A stretch of DNA of 64,000 nucleotides from Vicugna vicugna (lineage: Eukaryota), in assembly GCA_013265495.1 (NCBI GenBank), contig MU058009.1, positions 1,242,001-1,306,000 of the forward strand, read 5' to 3'. The position numbers and the translations under genes are program-made. Of the stretch, positions 13,849-26,700 are shown piece after piece; within the stretch, counting starts at the first letter, position 1, and every line of letters starts with the position of its first letter. The notes below the pieces were generated by a model. That model saw only the letters and a program-made list of their open reading frames with translations. It was not told the DNA's origin and did not search any database.

Positions 13849-14196
13849 TGCTGTAGACTTCCTTGAGTTCCCTCTCCCAAATTCATTATGTTGAAACCTA
13901 ATTCCCAAGTGATGGTATTTGGAGACTAGGGCTTTGGGAAGTGATTAGATCGTGAGGGTGGAGCCCTCACAAATGGGATTAGAGCCCTCATAAAAGAGAC
14001 CCCAGAGAGCTTCCTTGCCCCTTCCACAATGTGAGGGCACAGTGAGAAGACAGCCTTCCTTCTGTGAGACAGGAATCAGGCCCTCACTCAATACTCAACC
14101 TGCCAGAGCCTTGATCTTAGACTTCCCAGCCTCCGGAACTATGAGAAATGCGTGTTTGTTGTTTAAGCCACCTAGTCTACGGTATTCACTAAGACA
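13849..14196 (+). mobile_element. MaLR solo LTR (MLT1A-like)
   Basis: TG...CA termini; cccaaattcattatgttgaaacctaattcccaagtgatggtatttggag...cttcccagcctccggaactatgagaaat; perfect 5-bp TSD tcacc at 13844-13848 and 14197-14201. Confidence 0.92.
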
Positions 14197-14734
14197 TCAC
14201 CTCAACCCAATACACTCCAGTACTTAGATCCTATTCCTGCTCCAGTATGTCCCCAACATGTAACTTTGTGTGACTTCACTTCCTCTCTTCTTTCAACTTC
14301 TAAATCTCTTATTTTCTTTTTTTTTCCCTCCTACAAAGTACCAGGCAGCCAGACTTCATCTGACTTGGCTTTACTGCAGAAGAATCATTGATTATATTAG
14401 TGCAGTTTAGGGAATAAGATTTTTTAGTTAACGTCTGCTTTTCCTAGCTGGTTTGGTGATTAAATTCTCAACAGGTAACTTTGTCATCCCTCTCTGCAAT
14501 AAAACTACTTTAGAGGAAGGAGAGCTGGGCTGGACTGCCTTGTTCACAAAACTCAGACTCTTGAGGGAAATGACCCTCAGCACACTGCTGCAGGCATTTC
14601 AAACGCCTGGGTGTGCTGGGTTTGAATCCAAAAGTCCTAATCTCACAGGTTTGGTATTAGACATTTTTGCCCTAAGACTACATCGTGTATCTGACTGACA
14701 AAATATAGCCAGTCTTCTTTTGTTTTTCCTTTTT

Positions 14735-14900
14735 CCTTTTCTGTAGTTTACTGAAATCTATCTTCAGAAAAGTGTTCCTACCACAAACATACAGCTCAAT
14801 GGGTTTTTACAACCTGAACACGGTATATTCACCACCCAGATCAAGAAACAAAACATCACCTGTGCCCGGGGAACTCTCCCATTCTCTGTTCCAGATTTTG
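14735..14900 (-). mobile_element. L1ME-like 3' end fragment
   Basis: tacagctcaatgggtttttacaacctgaacacgg...accacccagatcaagaaacaaaacatcacc. Confidence 0.65.
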
Positions 14901-16323
14901 GTCTTCCCCCTCCACTCTAGGCTGTGAATCAGGCTTTAAGAAATACTGTGCCTGCATACCTTTATTTTCCTGGAGACAAACCACAGAAACAGCGTACGAG
15001 GAGGCACAAGGAAAAGACATCCTACAGCCTCTCCTGAAGCTCGGCTCTGAGGACGGGCATCCCCGTGGATGGCAGAACATTTAGGGTAACCTCTGCGGCT
15101 CCTGCACTGATGGGCTAACAAGGAAAGGGGTTCCTCGTGGGATTCCAGGATGGAATCAGCCTGTGGAGTTCTTCACTTCGGAGGTCACTCGCTTTTATTT
15201 TCCTCCCAACTGGGATTAGATAAGCGTTTGAGATGACAGCTATGGATGTGCAAGCTGAGTCTTGGCTGTCGAATCCTTAACTTGTGGGAAGTGCCTTGTT
15301 CTCTGCATCTTTCTTCTGGGCCATTCCAGCCATTTTCTCTGTTCTCTGGGCTCCTCTGTCTCAATACATGACATTTCCCTAATAGTTCAGATAATTTTCT
15401 CTCTGGGTATTATTTCAGCCACAGACTTTAAAATGTTTGATATTTGTAGGTAATGTACTTCTCTGTTGGTCTCAGGCAGCTTACAAAGGTGACCTTATTC
15501 CCTCTCTGTTGTAGATAAGACATACTGTAGGTTATATTAACTGTATCTTTTGATTAATATACATAATTTTTACTTGATAGTTTTCACTCACAACAAGCTA
15601 TAGTTGCAAACAATATTTTTCAAAACATTTCTTAATCAGAAGTGGAGTCCATATAAGACGATGTGGTTGTAAAATGTTCAGTGCTTCTGATACAGTGGGT
15701 TCCCCAGATTCCCTGTCTGCCACACTAGGAAAGCCTGGCTATCAGGGACGGTGCAGCCTGAGTGGAGCATGCCTACCCCGGCCTCACAGGAGAAACATGA
15801 ATGAATGACTTATTTTGTACTGTTAGCAAACTAGAGCAAAATGTTATCTTTAAATAAGTACTAGGTTTCAAGTAGAAAAAAAGAAGTTTAAGACTAATTC
15901 AAGAACGAATTCATCCAAGTACTAGATAAATAAGCTTGACAAATCACCTAGCGCCTAAGAGTCTCAGTGAGATGCCACTGTGGCCGATGAAGACCTGCGA
16001 GTCCATTGTCACAGAGAATTCTGCACAGAAATAAATTATCATGGCTCCTCTAGTGTTGCCCTGGGGCCAAGAAAGGGACACACTCTTCGAGTCATTGTTT
16101 TGCCACAAGAAATCTATTGGGTTACTACGCAAGGAGATACAGTTTCTTGGCAAAATTATATGCATTTTTTGGTAAATAAAAAGATCACCACCAACCCATT
16201 ATCTGCCCAGTTTTGTCGTGAGGCAGATCCACCGGTCTTTATGATAACAGACCATTTTAGTAAACAGTGAACCACCACTATTTCAGCTGGTGGCTGGGGG
16301 AGGAAGCTTTGCGGGGCAACGAA

Positions 16324-16358
16324 ACACACACACACACACACACATGTGCACACACACA
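16324..16358 (+). repeat. (CA)n microsatellite
   Basis: acacacacacacacacacacatgtgcacacacaca. Confidence 0.9.
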
Positions 16359-16699
16359 ACATATTCCTCATGAAGAGATCATACCTTGAACCCTGGTATC
16401 ACTACCAAAATTTAAAAACTAACTGAATTAGACAGACTTTCTAGAACATATGTTCTATTTCTATGGGGTATGTAAGGACCTCCCTGCATCTGAATATCTA
16501 ATTAGATTTTCTTAACTACATTAGCAGAATGCCTAGTGCAAAGATATTTTTTAGGGTAATAGGGGGAAAAAAGGTATCTACAAGCAAACACAGAACCCTG
16601 ATATCTCTGTAAAGCCCAAATTTACCCTCTTGAAAGCTGCCGTTCCCTAATCCTCATTTGATGTGAGTTGCACGTAGGGAGACTGCATAGCATCGATAT

Positions 16700-16925
16700 T
16701 AGGAGCACGTATTTTGCAATCAGACATCTTGACTTTACTGTTTGCCTGCTGTGTGATCTTAGGTGTATGCACTGCTCCCTCTTTGTACTAGTTTTCCCGT
16801 TTGTAAATAATGATATCTGCTTTAGAGTGCTGTTGTGGGGACTGAATGAGGCAAAATTCATTCAGAGCTTAGAACAGCATCTGGCACGTAGTAGGCAGTC
16901 ACTAAACCGAAGCTTTTAGTATTAT
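16700..16925 (+). mobile_element. MIR SINE
   Basis: ctgtgtgatcttagg...agttttcccgtttgtaaataatgata...gttgtggggactgaatgag...gcttagaacagcatctggcacgtagtaggc. Confidence 0.8.
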
Positions 16926-17193
16926 TCACGTTGCGTCCGCTTATGAAGACGTATAGGAGTGAACTGATCCGTTTCCATTATCCAGCGCTAACATTTCTTC
17001 CGGACTTCTAGCAACGCTGCCTTCTCAGACATGCTCTTTATATTCTAAATCGGGGGGGAGGGGGAATCCACATGATCCAAATTATTTTGTGCCATTAAAG
17101 CACTTATGTTGTAAATGATAGGCAATCAAATCTCATGCTTCAAAGACTAGGTTGATCGTTAAAAAGTCTCCATTCTTTCTAAATGTGGGTACT

Positions 17194-17211
17194 CTGCAGC
17201 AGATGGTGCTG
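17194..17211 (+). promoter_or_regulatory. CTCF-like motif (moderate match)
   Basis: ctgCAGCAGATGGTGCTG versus the CCAGCAGATGGCGCTG-type core; motif match only. Confidence 0.3.
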
Positions 17212-17289
17212 TCAGTGATACAGTGTCCTTCCTACAATGAGCAAGGATGGTTTAATAGGGCCTTACCTTTACAAAGCAATTTCCCCGCT

Positions 17290-17540
17290 AGTTAAACGCG
17301 TGCGCTCAGAAGTCAAATTATGCAGGTTACATCCCAGCTCCCTCGTCTGCTTATTGTTTAACCTTGGGAACGTTATTAAATTTCGCTTATCCTTACCTTC
17401 TCCAGCAGGAGACTGAGATGGTAGCAGTAGTTACCTCAACACACTGCTGTGTGTGTTCAGTGAAATAATGAGACAATACCTGTAAAGCTTTTAGCTACAT
17501 CCGGCACGTACTTCGTTTTACTACAAGTTTTATTATCAGT
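17290..17540 (+). mobile_element. MIR SINE
   Basis: atcccagctcc...accttgggaacgttattaaa...gtaaagcttttagctacatccggcacgta. Confidence 0.65.
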
Positions 17541-18864
17541 GATAACGTTATTTTTACCTGTGCCTGTTTATGGACAAAAGGCTGCTGGAGGCTGATCGTT
17601 TACATCCAAAGAAGGTAACAACTCCACTGTCATTTTTAAGAAAACCCTAGAATGCCCCCTTACAACTTAGAATATTGTAAGAAGCCGTGAAGAGCACGGT
17701 GAGTCCCTGGGACACCAGCAGATAACTGCAGGGCCGCTGCATGACAAAACAGGGTTTCATTTACTAATTTAATAATTATGTGATGACTACGTTCAGGCTG
17801 GGGGAGTGTGAACCCGGCTTTATGTTTTCTCCTCTTTCATAACAGAATGTTTCTACTGGATGGCGTTTCTTCTCAGCTTGCAGAGCAAGGAATCTACGTG
17901 TGTGTGCTAACCCGTGCTGCAGGTGCGCGTATCCGGAACCATCTGCGTGTGCTGAGCTAGACGTGTTCCTGGTGATGCCTTTACCTCTAGTCTGTCCCAT
18001 GCGGATCATTTTAGCCTTTTCCCCTTGCTTATTTGTATATAACCCCCACTCCATCCGTAAGTAGCCTGGCTCTCGCCATCTGCCGTCACTTTAATTGTTC
18101 AGTTCAATTACAGACGCATGGCAGTACCAGGATTGTTGATCTGTACTCCTCCTGGGGGAGCGTCTTTATCAACTGGACTGAAGTGCTTACGTACAATCTC
18201 TGTTGCCTTTGGTCTTACAGACATCGTTCCCAGTCGCAGAGGTCAGTGCCTTTTCTCCTCACCTCCTTTAGTGAGGTGCTCCATTTATCTGTAACGCAAT
18301 TAGGTTGTTTTGTCACATTCTACATTCCATCCTGAGATCTGGTGACCTTTTACATGAATTTCTGAAAAGTTTATACACATTAAGGTTCACTCCTTAATGA
18401 TGTGGAGTTCTATGTGCTAAAGCTCTATGGATTTTGACAAATGCATAGGGTCACCCATCCACCATTTCAGGAGAAGTCTCACCTCCCTAGAAAATTCTGT
18501 GTCTCATCTATTCCACACTGCACTCCCGCCAACAGCCCCCCAGCACCCACTGATTTTTATCCCACTGTCTCTTTAGTTTTTCCTTCTCCAGAACATCATG
18601 TAATTGAAATCACAGTGTGTGTGGCCTTTCCAGACCGGCTTCTTTCACTTAGAAATATGCAATTAATGCTCACACATGTCTGTGCACAGATCGATGGCTC
18701 ATTTCTCTTCATTGCTGAATGATAATATCCCACCGTGTGGATGTACCAAAGCTTCTTTAGTCACTCCCCTACTGAATAACAGAATTATCGCTTCATTTTT
18801 TGCAGATTACAAATAAAGCTGCTATAACCATACAAATGCAGGTTTTTGTGTGTATATACGTCTT

Positions 18865-19330
18865 TTTGCCCCGGCTTTACTGAGAATAATTGAAAAATAA
18901 CAATGCGTCAGTTCAAGGTGTAAAAGTGTTGATTTGATACACTTCTATGCTGCAAAATGAGCACCACGTTACCTAGCACCTGCGTCACATGACCGTTCCT
19001 TTCTGTGGTAAAAACATGTAAGATCTACTCTCTTAGAAACTTTCAAGTATGTAATACAGGATTATTGACTACCATCACTATGCTGTATGTTACATTCCCA
19101 GAACTTCTTTATCCTCTCACTGGAAGTCTGTACCCTTTGACCAACATCTCCCCTCTTCCACGTCCATACCACTCCCACCCCAGCCCAGCCCCTTGTAATG
19201 ACCATTCTGGTCTCTGTTTCTATGACTGAGTTTTCTTGGATTCCATAAATGTGGTACCATAAGGTGTTTGTCTTTCTCTGTCTGATGTATTTCACTCAGC
19301 ATAACATTTCTTTCAAGGTCCATCCACGTA
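18865..19330 (-). mobile_element. L1MA-like 3' end nested in the older L1
   Basis: gctttactgagaataattg...aagatctactctcttagaaactttcaagtatgtaatacag...ttcaaggtccatcca; host L1 resumes at about 19335. Confidence 0.75.
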
Positions 19331-19523
19331 GTTTTAAAAATCAGTTGTGTAAATAAGTAGGAGTGCATCCTATGGCAAGACTGTTTATCACTGCAAGACA
19401 TTGCCACATGGTACTCCACAATCGCTGTGCATCTTCATCAGCAGTGAATGAGACTTCTTGTTTCTCTGCATCTTTGCCAGCAATTGGTATTGCCAGGGAT
19501 TTTTCTTTTTAGCTGTTTTAATA

Positions 19524-19585
19524 AGTGTGTACTAGTATCTCATTGTTTTAACTTAGTGTGTACCAGTATCTCATTGTTTTAATTT
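19524..19585 (+). repeat. 31-bp tandem duplication (2 copies)
   Basis: agtgtgtactagtatctcattgttttaactt / agtgtgtaccagtatctcattgttttaattt, 2 mismatches. Confidence 0.9.
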
Positions 19586-20237
19586 ATAATTCCCTAGTGA
19601 GATAGGATGTTGTGAAGCTTTTCATGTTTATTTTCCATCCATACGTTTTCTTTGAAGTCTCTGTCAGACCTTTCCTCATTATTTTAATTGGGGTTTTTTT
19701 TTTTGAGTTTTAAAATTATCTTGTATATTTTGAATGTCTTTTATCAAATACATGTTTTGCAAATAGTTTTTCCCAGTTCATGGTTTTCTTTCCGTTCCCT
19801 TAATAGTGTCTTTCTCAGAATAGAGGGTTTTAATTTTGATAAAGTCCAAATTACTAATTTTATTCTTAACACGGATCACAGTTTTGGTGTTATATCTAAC
19901 AACTCACTATCAAACCCAAGTTCACTGAAGTTTTCTCCTGTTATTTTTTTCTAGAAGTTTTATAATTTTAATTTTGCATTTAGGTCTGAGATCTATTTTC
20001 AGGTCATTTCTGGGAAAGGTGTAAAGCCTCTGTCTAGGTTTTTCTTCTTTTTTTTTTTTTTTTTCAAATGAATGCCCAGCTGTCCCAGAACCACTTGCTA
20101 AATGATCACCCTTTCTTCACTGAATTGCCTTTCTGTTTTTGTTAAAGATGAGTTGACTGTATTTTAAAATCTTTTTCTGGGCCCTCTCTTCTATCCCATT
20201 AATCTAAGTGTCTATTTTTTCTCTAGTTTCATGATAT

Positions 20238-20715
20238 CTTTTTTTTTTAATTTGTTTATTTTTATTGAAGTATAGTCAGTTTACAATGTTGTGTCAATTT
20301 CTGGTGTACAGCATCATGTTTCAGTCATCCATATACATGCATATATTCCTTTTTCATATTCTTTATCATCATAGGTTACTACAAGATATTGAATGTAGTT
20401 CCCTGTGCTGTACAGTAGGAACTTGTTGTTTACCTATTTTATTTGTAGTAGTCAGTATCTACAAATCTCAATCTCCCAATTTATCCCTCCATCTACCCCC
20501 CCAACTTCCATAACCATTAGTTTGTTTTCTACGTCTGTGAGTCCGTTTCTGTTCTGTAAATAAGTTCATTTGTGTCTCTTTTTCATTCCACATGTAAATA
20601 TTATCATATGGTATTTTTCTTTCTCTTTCTGGCTTACTTCACTTAGAATGATGATCCCCAGGTCCATCCATGCTGCAGCAAATGGCATTACTTTATTCTT
20701 TTTTATGGCTGAGTC
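20238..20715 (-). mobile_element. Younger cetartiodactyl-type L1 3' end, 5'-truncated, nested in the older L1
   Basis: Poly-T then ttattgaagtatagtcagtttacaatgttgtgtcaatttctggtgtacagc...ttattctttttatggctgagt. Confidence 0.85.
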
Positions 20716-23700
20716 TAATTCCACTCTACCTTGATTACTGTATTTTTATAGTGATTTTTAAAAATAGATAAAATTAACCCTTCACCTTTGTTCTTCTGCT
20801 CCAGTAGGGTGTTGACTAGTCTAAATTTTGTGACTTTGCACATAGATTTTAGAATCTGTCTGTCAATATCTGAAAAATATGTTGCTGGGATTTTCATCGG
20901 AATTTTGTTGAATCTGGAGATCAAGTTGGAAAGAACTGACATATTAAGAATATCAATATTCCAACCCACAAACATGGAATATTTATAATATAGTTAGATC
21001 TATTTTTTTCATTAGAATTTTGAAATTTCCTGCATATAGACCTAGTATAGTTTTTAGATCTATGCCTAAGTATTTCATGACTAATTTTATTGTAATGGTA
21101 TCGTTTTGTTTTGTTTGTAGTCAAATTCCAATTGTTAATTGTGGGTATATAGTAAAGATATCAGCTTTCATGTATTAAACTTGTGTTCTGCAACCTTTCT
21201 ATGCGTGAATGTGTATTAGTTCCAGGAGCTGTTTTTTGTTGCCATTTTAGTTTTTTCTACGTAGGAAATCATGTCAGTTTTCTTTCTTCCTTTCCAATTT
21301 TTATGTTTCTTTTTCTTATCTCATTGCTTGGCTAGAAATGTCAGTATGATGATAAATATGAGTGAACATTCTTGTCTTGATTTTGATCTTAGGGAAAAAG
21401 TGTCCAGTTGATGTGATAACATGATTTTTCTTCTTGAGCCAGTAGATATGGTGGGTGACACTGATTAGTTTTCAAGTGGTGAACCAGCCTTGTATACTTG
21501 GAGTCAATTCAGTTTGTCTTTGTCTATAATTTCTTAATACATCATTGAACTTGCTACTATTGTGTTAAAGATCTGTGCATCTGCATTCATGAGTGATATT
21601 GGTGCATGGTTTTCCTTTCTTATAATGTCTTTATTCATTTTGGTATTAAGATAATGCTAGCTTCGTAGAATAAGAACTGTTCCATCTGTATGTATTTTTC
21701 TGGCAGATATTGTGGAGAGTTGATATCATTTCTTCCTTAAATGTTTGGTAGAAATCATTAGGGCCTTCTGTTTTGGAAGAATTTTGTTACTTTCTGTTTT
21801 AGAAAGTTACTAGCCATTGATTCAACTTTTTAGCGGCTGTATACCTATTCAGACTATTTCTCCTTGTGTGAGTTTTGTTTGTATCTTTCAAGGAATTGAT
21901 CCATTTCATCTAAGTTATCAAATTTGTGTACATAAAGTTGTTCATAATATTACTTTATTTTTCTTATATTGCCCATGAGACCAATAGTAATGTCTCATTT
22001 TTCATTTCAGATATTAGTAATTTGTGCCTGGATAGAGGTCATCAATTTTATCGTTATCTTGAAAGAATTAAGCTTTTGACTTCATTGCTTCTCTGTACTG
22101 AGTTCCCATTTTCAATATCACTGATTTTCACTCTTATTACATACATATCTTTTCCTCTGCTTGCTTAAGTTTAAATTGTTTCTCCTTCTCTAGTTTTATA
22201 AAATGGAAGTTTGGGTTATTTATTTTGGATTTTTTCTAATGTGTATATTCAATACTATGTATTTTCCTCTGAACACTGCTTTTGCTGCATCTTATGGATT
22301 TTGATAAGTTATATTTTCATTTTCATTAGTTCAAGCTTTTTTTTAAATTTCTCTTGAGATATCTTCTTTGATCCACATAAAATTTAGAAGTGTGCTGTTT
22401 AATTTCTAAGTATTTGCAAATTTTCTAGCTATCTTTCTATTATTGATTTCCAGTTTAATTCCATTGTGGTCTAAAAATATTTTTATGATTTCTACTATTT
22501 TTAAAAAGTTTAAGACGTGCTTTATGATCTGTTCTGGAATATGGCCTATGCCATTAGTAAATGTTCCACATAAGCCTGAGAAGAATGTGTAGTTAATTGC
22601 TGTATGGAGAATTCTCTAACTGTCAAGGAGATCAGGGAGGTTGATGGTGCTATTTGGGTCAACTATATTCTTATTGATTTTCTGCCTGCTTGAGATATCA
22701 GTTACTGAAAAAGGAATGCTAAAGTGTCAAACTATGGTAGATTGCCAATTCTATCAGTTTTTCACCTCACATATTTTGATGCTCTGTTGTTAGGTACATC
22801 CAGCTTAAGGATTGTTCCGTCTTCTTGGAGAACTGACCTTTTATTAATACAATGATTTCAGATTGTTTTTGATTAGTGTGATCACAGTGTGCCTTTCTCC
22901 ATCCCTTTAACCGGTCTGAGTCTTTATATTTAAGGTGAGTTTCCTTTAGGCACTATGGAGTTGGGTCTCTTTTTTATCCACTCTGGCAGCTTCTGTCTTT
23001 CCATCGGTATATTTAGGTCATTCCCGTGTAAGGTGATCATTGATATTGTTGGTTGAATATCTGCCAAGTTTGTGCTTTCTGTTCATTGCATTTGCTCTGT
23101 ATTTCTTTCATGTCCTTTTTTTTTTAATTATCTTGTTCTAACTAAGCATTTTATAAAAATTCCATTTCTCTCCTCTCTTAGCATATCCAATATTTTTTAG
23201 TGCTTTTTAGTGGTAGATCTAGTGTTTCCAAACTATATTTTTAACTAATCTAAGTCCATCCTCAAATAACGCTATCACATTTCATATGAATGGCGAGTAA
23301 CTTGTCACTGACAGTTTCTAACACCGCCTTCCTGCCCCTTGTGATACTGCTGTCATTTCTTTCACTTGTCCATATGCCATAATCACCCAATATATTGTTA
23401 CTAATACTGATTTAAACAAAATGCCATAAAATAAATGAAGTTAATAAGGGGAAAAAGTAATTTACTTTACTTTCCCTTATCCTTTCTCTGATGACCATTC
23501 TTTTTGTATGTAGATCTGAGTTTTAATTCTGAAGTTTATTTTTATTCTACCTAAAGAACTTTTGTGGGTTTTTTAAATCATTTATTGCAGTGCAGGTCTG
23601 CCAGCAATAAATTTTCTCAGTCTTTATATTCGAAAATCTTTATTTCTTCCTCACTTTTGAAAGACCATTTCACTGGATAAAAAAAATTCTAGGTTTGCAT

Positions 23701-26700
23701 GTTCTTTTTCTTTCTCTACTTTAAATATTTCACGTCATTCTTTTTAGTACTATGGTTTCTGCCAAGAAGCCTACCATATTTCTTATCGTTCTCCTCTATA
23801 AGTAAGATGGCTTTATTCCCCCCTCTGGTCTTCTTCAGAATTTCTCTCTGCCTTTGATGTTTGCTCTCAATTTTCCATGTCTATAAATACATTACTCCTA
23901 GGTATGTTTTCAGTGTTTACTCAATTTGGTGATCTCTGAGCATCCTGGATATGTGGTTTAGTGTCTGTAATTAAGTTTGGAACATTCTCAGACATTGTTG
24001 CTTTAAATATTGTGTCTGCTTTAGTCTTTCTTCTCCATGTAGTACACTAATTAAGTGTGTGTTACACCTTCTGAAATTGTCCCGTCATTCTTAATTTTTT
24101 TTCCTTTGCATTTCAGTCTGAGAAAATCTGTTGACCTATGTTCAAGCTCATGGATTCTCTCCTCAGCTCTATCCAATCTACTGATGAGCCCATAAAAGAC
24201 ATTATTCTTTCTGTTATGGTGTTTTTCATTTCTAGCATTTCCTTTTGATTATTTCTTAATGTTTCCATCTCTCTGCTTACATTACCCATCTGTCTAGGCT
24301 GCGTGTAATGTCTGTACTTGCCAAATGCTTCAAATTCTTCTAGTGTCCTATTTTTTGTCTCCTCTCTGGACATCTGGCTTCCCTAAAAAAATCTTCCTCA
24401 GAGAGAGTCTGTGTAAGGGAGTTGCTACAAGATTCATTTTAATTTAAAACAATGATTTAATTTTCAGTCTATTCCCATGACTTTTAAGGAAACTGGATTT
24501 AAAAAGGCAATCTAGTGGCCAAAGTACACGAACTAGAAGCAACTCAACCGGACAGGTTACTTGGTCCTGAGAATTTAAATCCTTGTCTACTTTTCTCGCT
24601 ATTAAACTATAAGAAGAAGATTTAACTCTGGTTGCTCATATTCTCATTTCTTAAGCTTTATAAAATCTGCTCCTCTTAAAAACAACCAACCAAGCAAAAA
24701 GAAAACTTCCACAATCTTGATCAGGGGTAAAGCAAGGAGAGTACAGAGATACACAATAACAGAATTATTTTAAAATCCACCTGACAATGAACAATGCAAA
24801 GAAAATTTTCTGCTAGTTTCTAACCTACCTTAGGTAGAGTGTTCCACGTTAATTCTCTCACCAACAAAATACCAGAAGGCAGCTGTGATTTATGACACAG
24901 TATATTAGACACAAGCAGCAAACGGGGTCAGACCATGTACACATGACCATTCACCCAATAAATATTTACCAAATGATTTCTGTCTGCCAGGCCTGGTGAG
25001 GTGGTGTTACTAACTCATCCTGTGAAGCTATGCAAATCAGTTTATGTTTCTGAGTTTCAGTTACTATGGCAGCAAAACAAAGAGAATATTTGCCCACAGC
25101 CCTTACTATGAGGTCCAAATGAGCCAGTGATTGCAGATGTCATTTGAAAAGCATATAACAACATATAGTTTTACTTATTTAGACTTTAAAGTAAACATAC
25201 TTCACACACAATGTGTATGTGTTTGTTCTTAGTCCCAAGATTTCTTATTAGTCTCGTGATGCAAAAGTTCAGTTTTCCTGGCTCAGTTTTGGGATTCACC
25301 CTCTTAGAACTTCCGCCTTAACCCTACAAAAGTAAAGTTGTAACTGGATGATGTCTTACTAGCGTCTAGCATTTTAGATCGGCGAAACCTACCATCAGTT
25401 TGTGGTGCGGATGGGAAAGTTGAGCCAAAGAAAGTGGCCGAGAGAGGCAAGGGCAGGGCTCAGAGGAAGTGACAGAAAGCTTCCGTCCATACGGCCACCT
25501 TCCTGTAAACAGCACCGACCCTTCACATCTGCGGTGAATGAGAGTAACATCAGGTCCTAGACCAGACTGTTCCTGCTGCTCACAGCTGTCCCTGGAGGCT
25601 ACTGGACTGTGGCCCCCGTCTCCTCCCCACAGCACGCTCCCTGTTCACTGTGAAGGCATTACACAGAGAGACTGATTTATCTGTGTCCGCTTCCCCAGCC
25701 AGCATCCTGAGCCTCATTTCCACCCATTATGCTTACTGGAGCAATGTGCTGTGCTGTCCGGAGGAGATAAAACCCGGAGACTTTCTCTTTATTGTACTCA
25801 TCGAGTGACGGAGAAATAAATTAAGTTCTAAGCACAGCACATGAATAGCTGCAAGAGGCACTGGTTTATCCCAGCACAACACCTCTCTCCTCCAGAACCT
25901 CAGTCATTACACACAGCTGGTTTCTTCCGCGGAAGCTGGACGGTACACTGCACAGAGCATCTAAACTTTAAGAGAAAGCATCCGTCTGACTTCCTGGAGG
26001 CTGTGAACCAATTCTGCTGTCTTTTCATTGCAGCTGTTTCCTTTGAACTAGAACCCCACAATGACATGTCTCTAAATGTCATTCAGAAATTAAAAGCACT
26101 AGACTCGGGGGGTGGAAAGGCAGAAAATTGAAGAAAGAAAAAAAAATGTATAGAAAAAACCAACCCTTCTTGGAAGCAGAAAATGTAATTTGCTACTTAA
26201 TTTTTATCCTAGGGAATTAAAAAAAAATAAGAGCACTCTAAAATGAAGCCATTGGACAAAAAAATTTGTATAGAATTTACTGTGTAAAATAATGAATTCT
26301 TGGGGAAAACAAATAAGAAATGGATGATAAACATAAAATTTATTTTTACAAAGCACAAAGCAAAGGTCAGAAATACACTTCCCTGATATTTATTTATCCT
26401 TCACATTAATCTATTGAAACTATAGAAAAATAGACTGAAACATTCTGGTTCCAACCATTTTTGTCATTGATGGGATTGCCGCCCACCCCCGCCCTCCACT
26501 GTTGAGTTAAATTCTCCTTATTCTGTAATACAAGTACTAATTCGTGGAAAGAATTAATGACATTTGGTCATACTAGAAATAGTAGACCACTTGTGGCAAA
26601 ATAAATGCCAACAATAAGGTAATGAGAAAAATGACTTATTGATAATAATAACATGAAGTCATATTTGGTAAGCTTTTCTAAAGAGGGTATTCCAGAGGAA

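Larger units (their letters stand above)
18020..24400 (-). mobile_element. Large ancient L1 (L1MC-like) with decayed ORF2 and ORF1
   Basis: ORF 20715-20975 has SRFNKIPMKIPATYFSDIDRQILK...GLILSIFKNHYKNTVIKVEW (L1 ORF2 RFNAIPIKIP / GGITLPDFKLYYKATVIK pattern); ORF 24113-24373 has QMGNVSREMETLRNNQKEMLEMKNTITE (ORF1p); 3' UTR aaggttcactc...atggattttgacaaatgcat. Confidence 0.9.

Noticed and set aside
20715..20975. Reverse-transcriptase-related ORF
   Set aside because: Short decayed L1 ORF2 fragment bounded by stops and an insertion
24113..24373. Coiled-coil ORF
   Set aside because: L1 ORF1p remnant that frameshifts out; not a host gene
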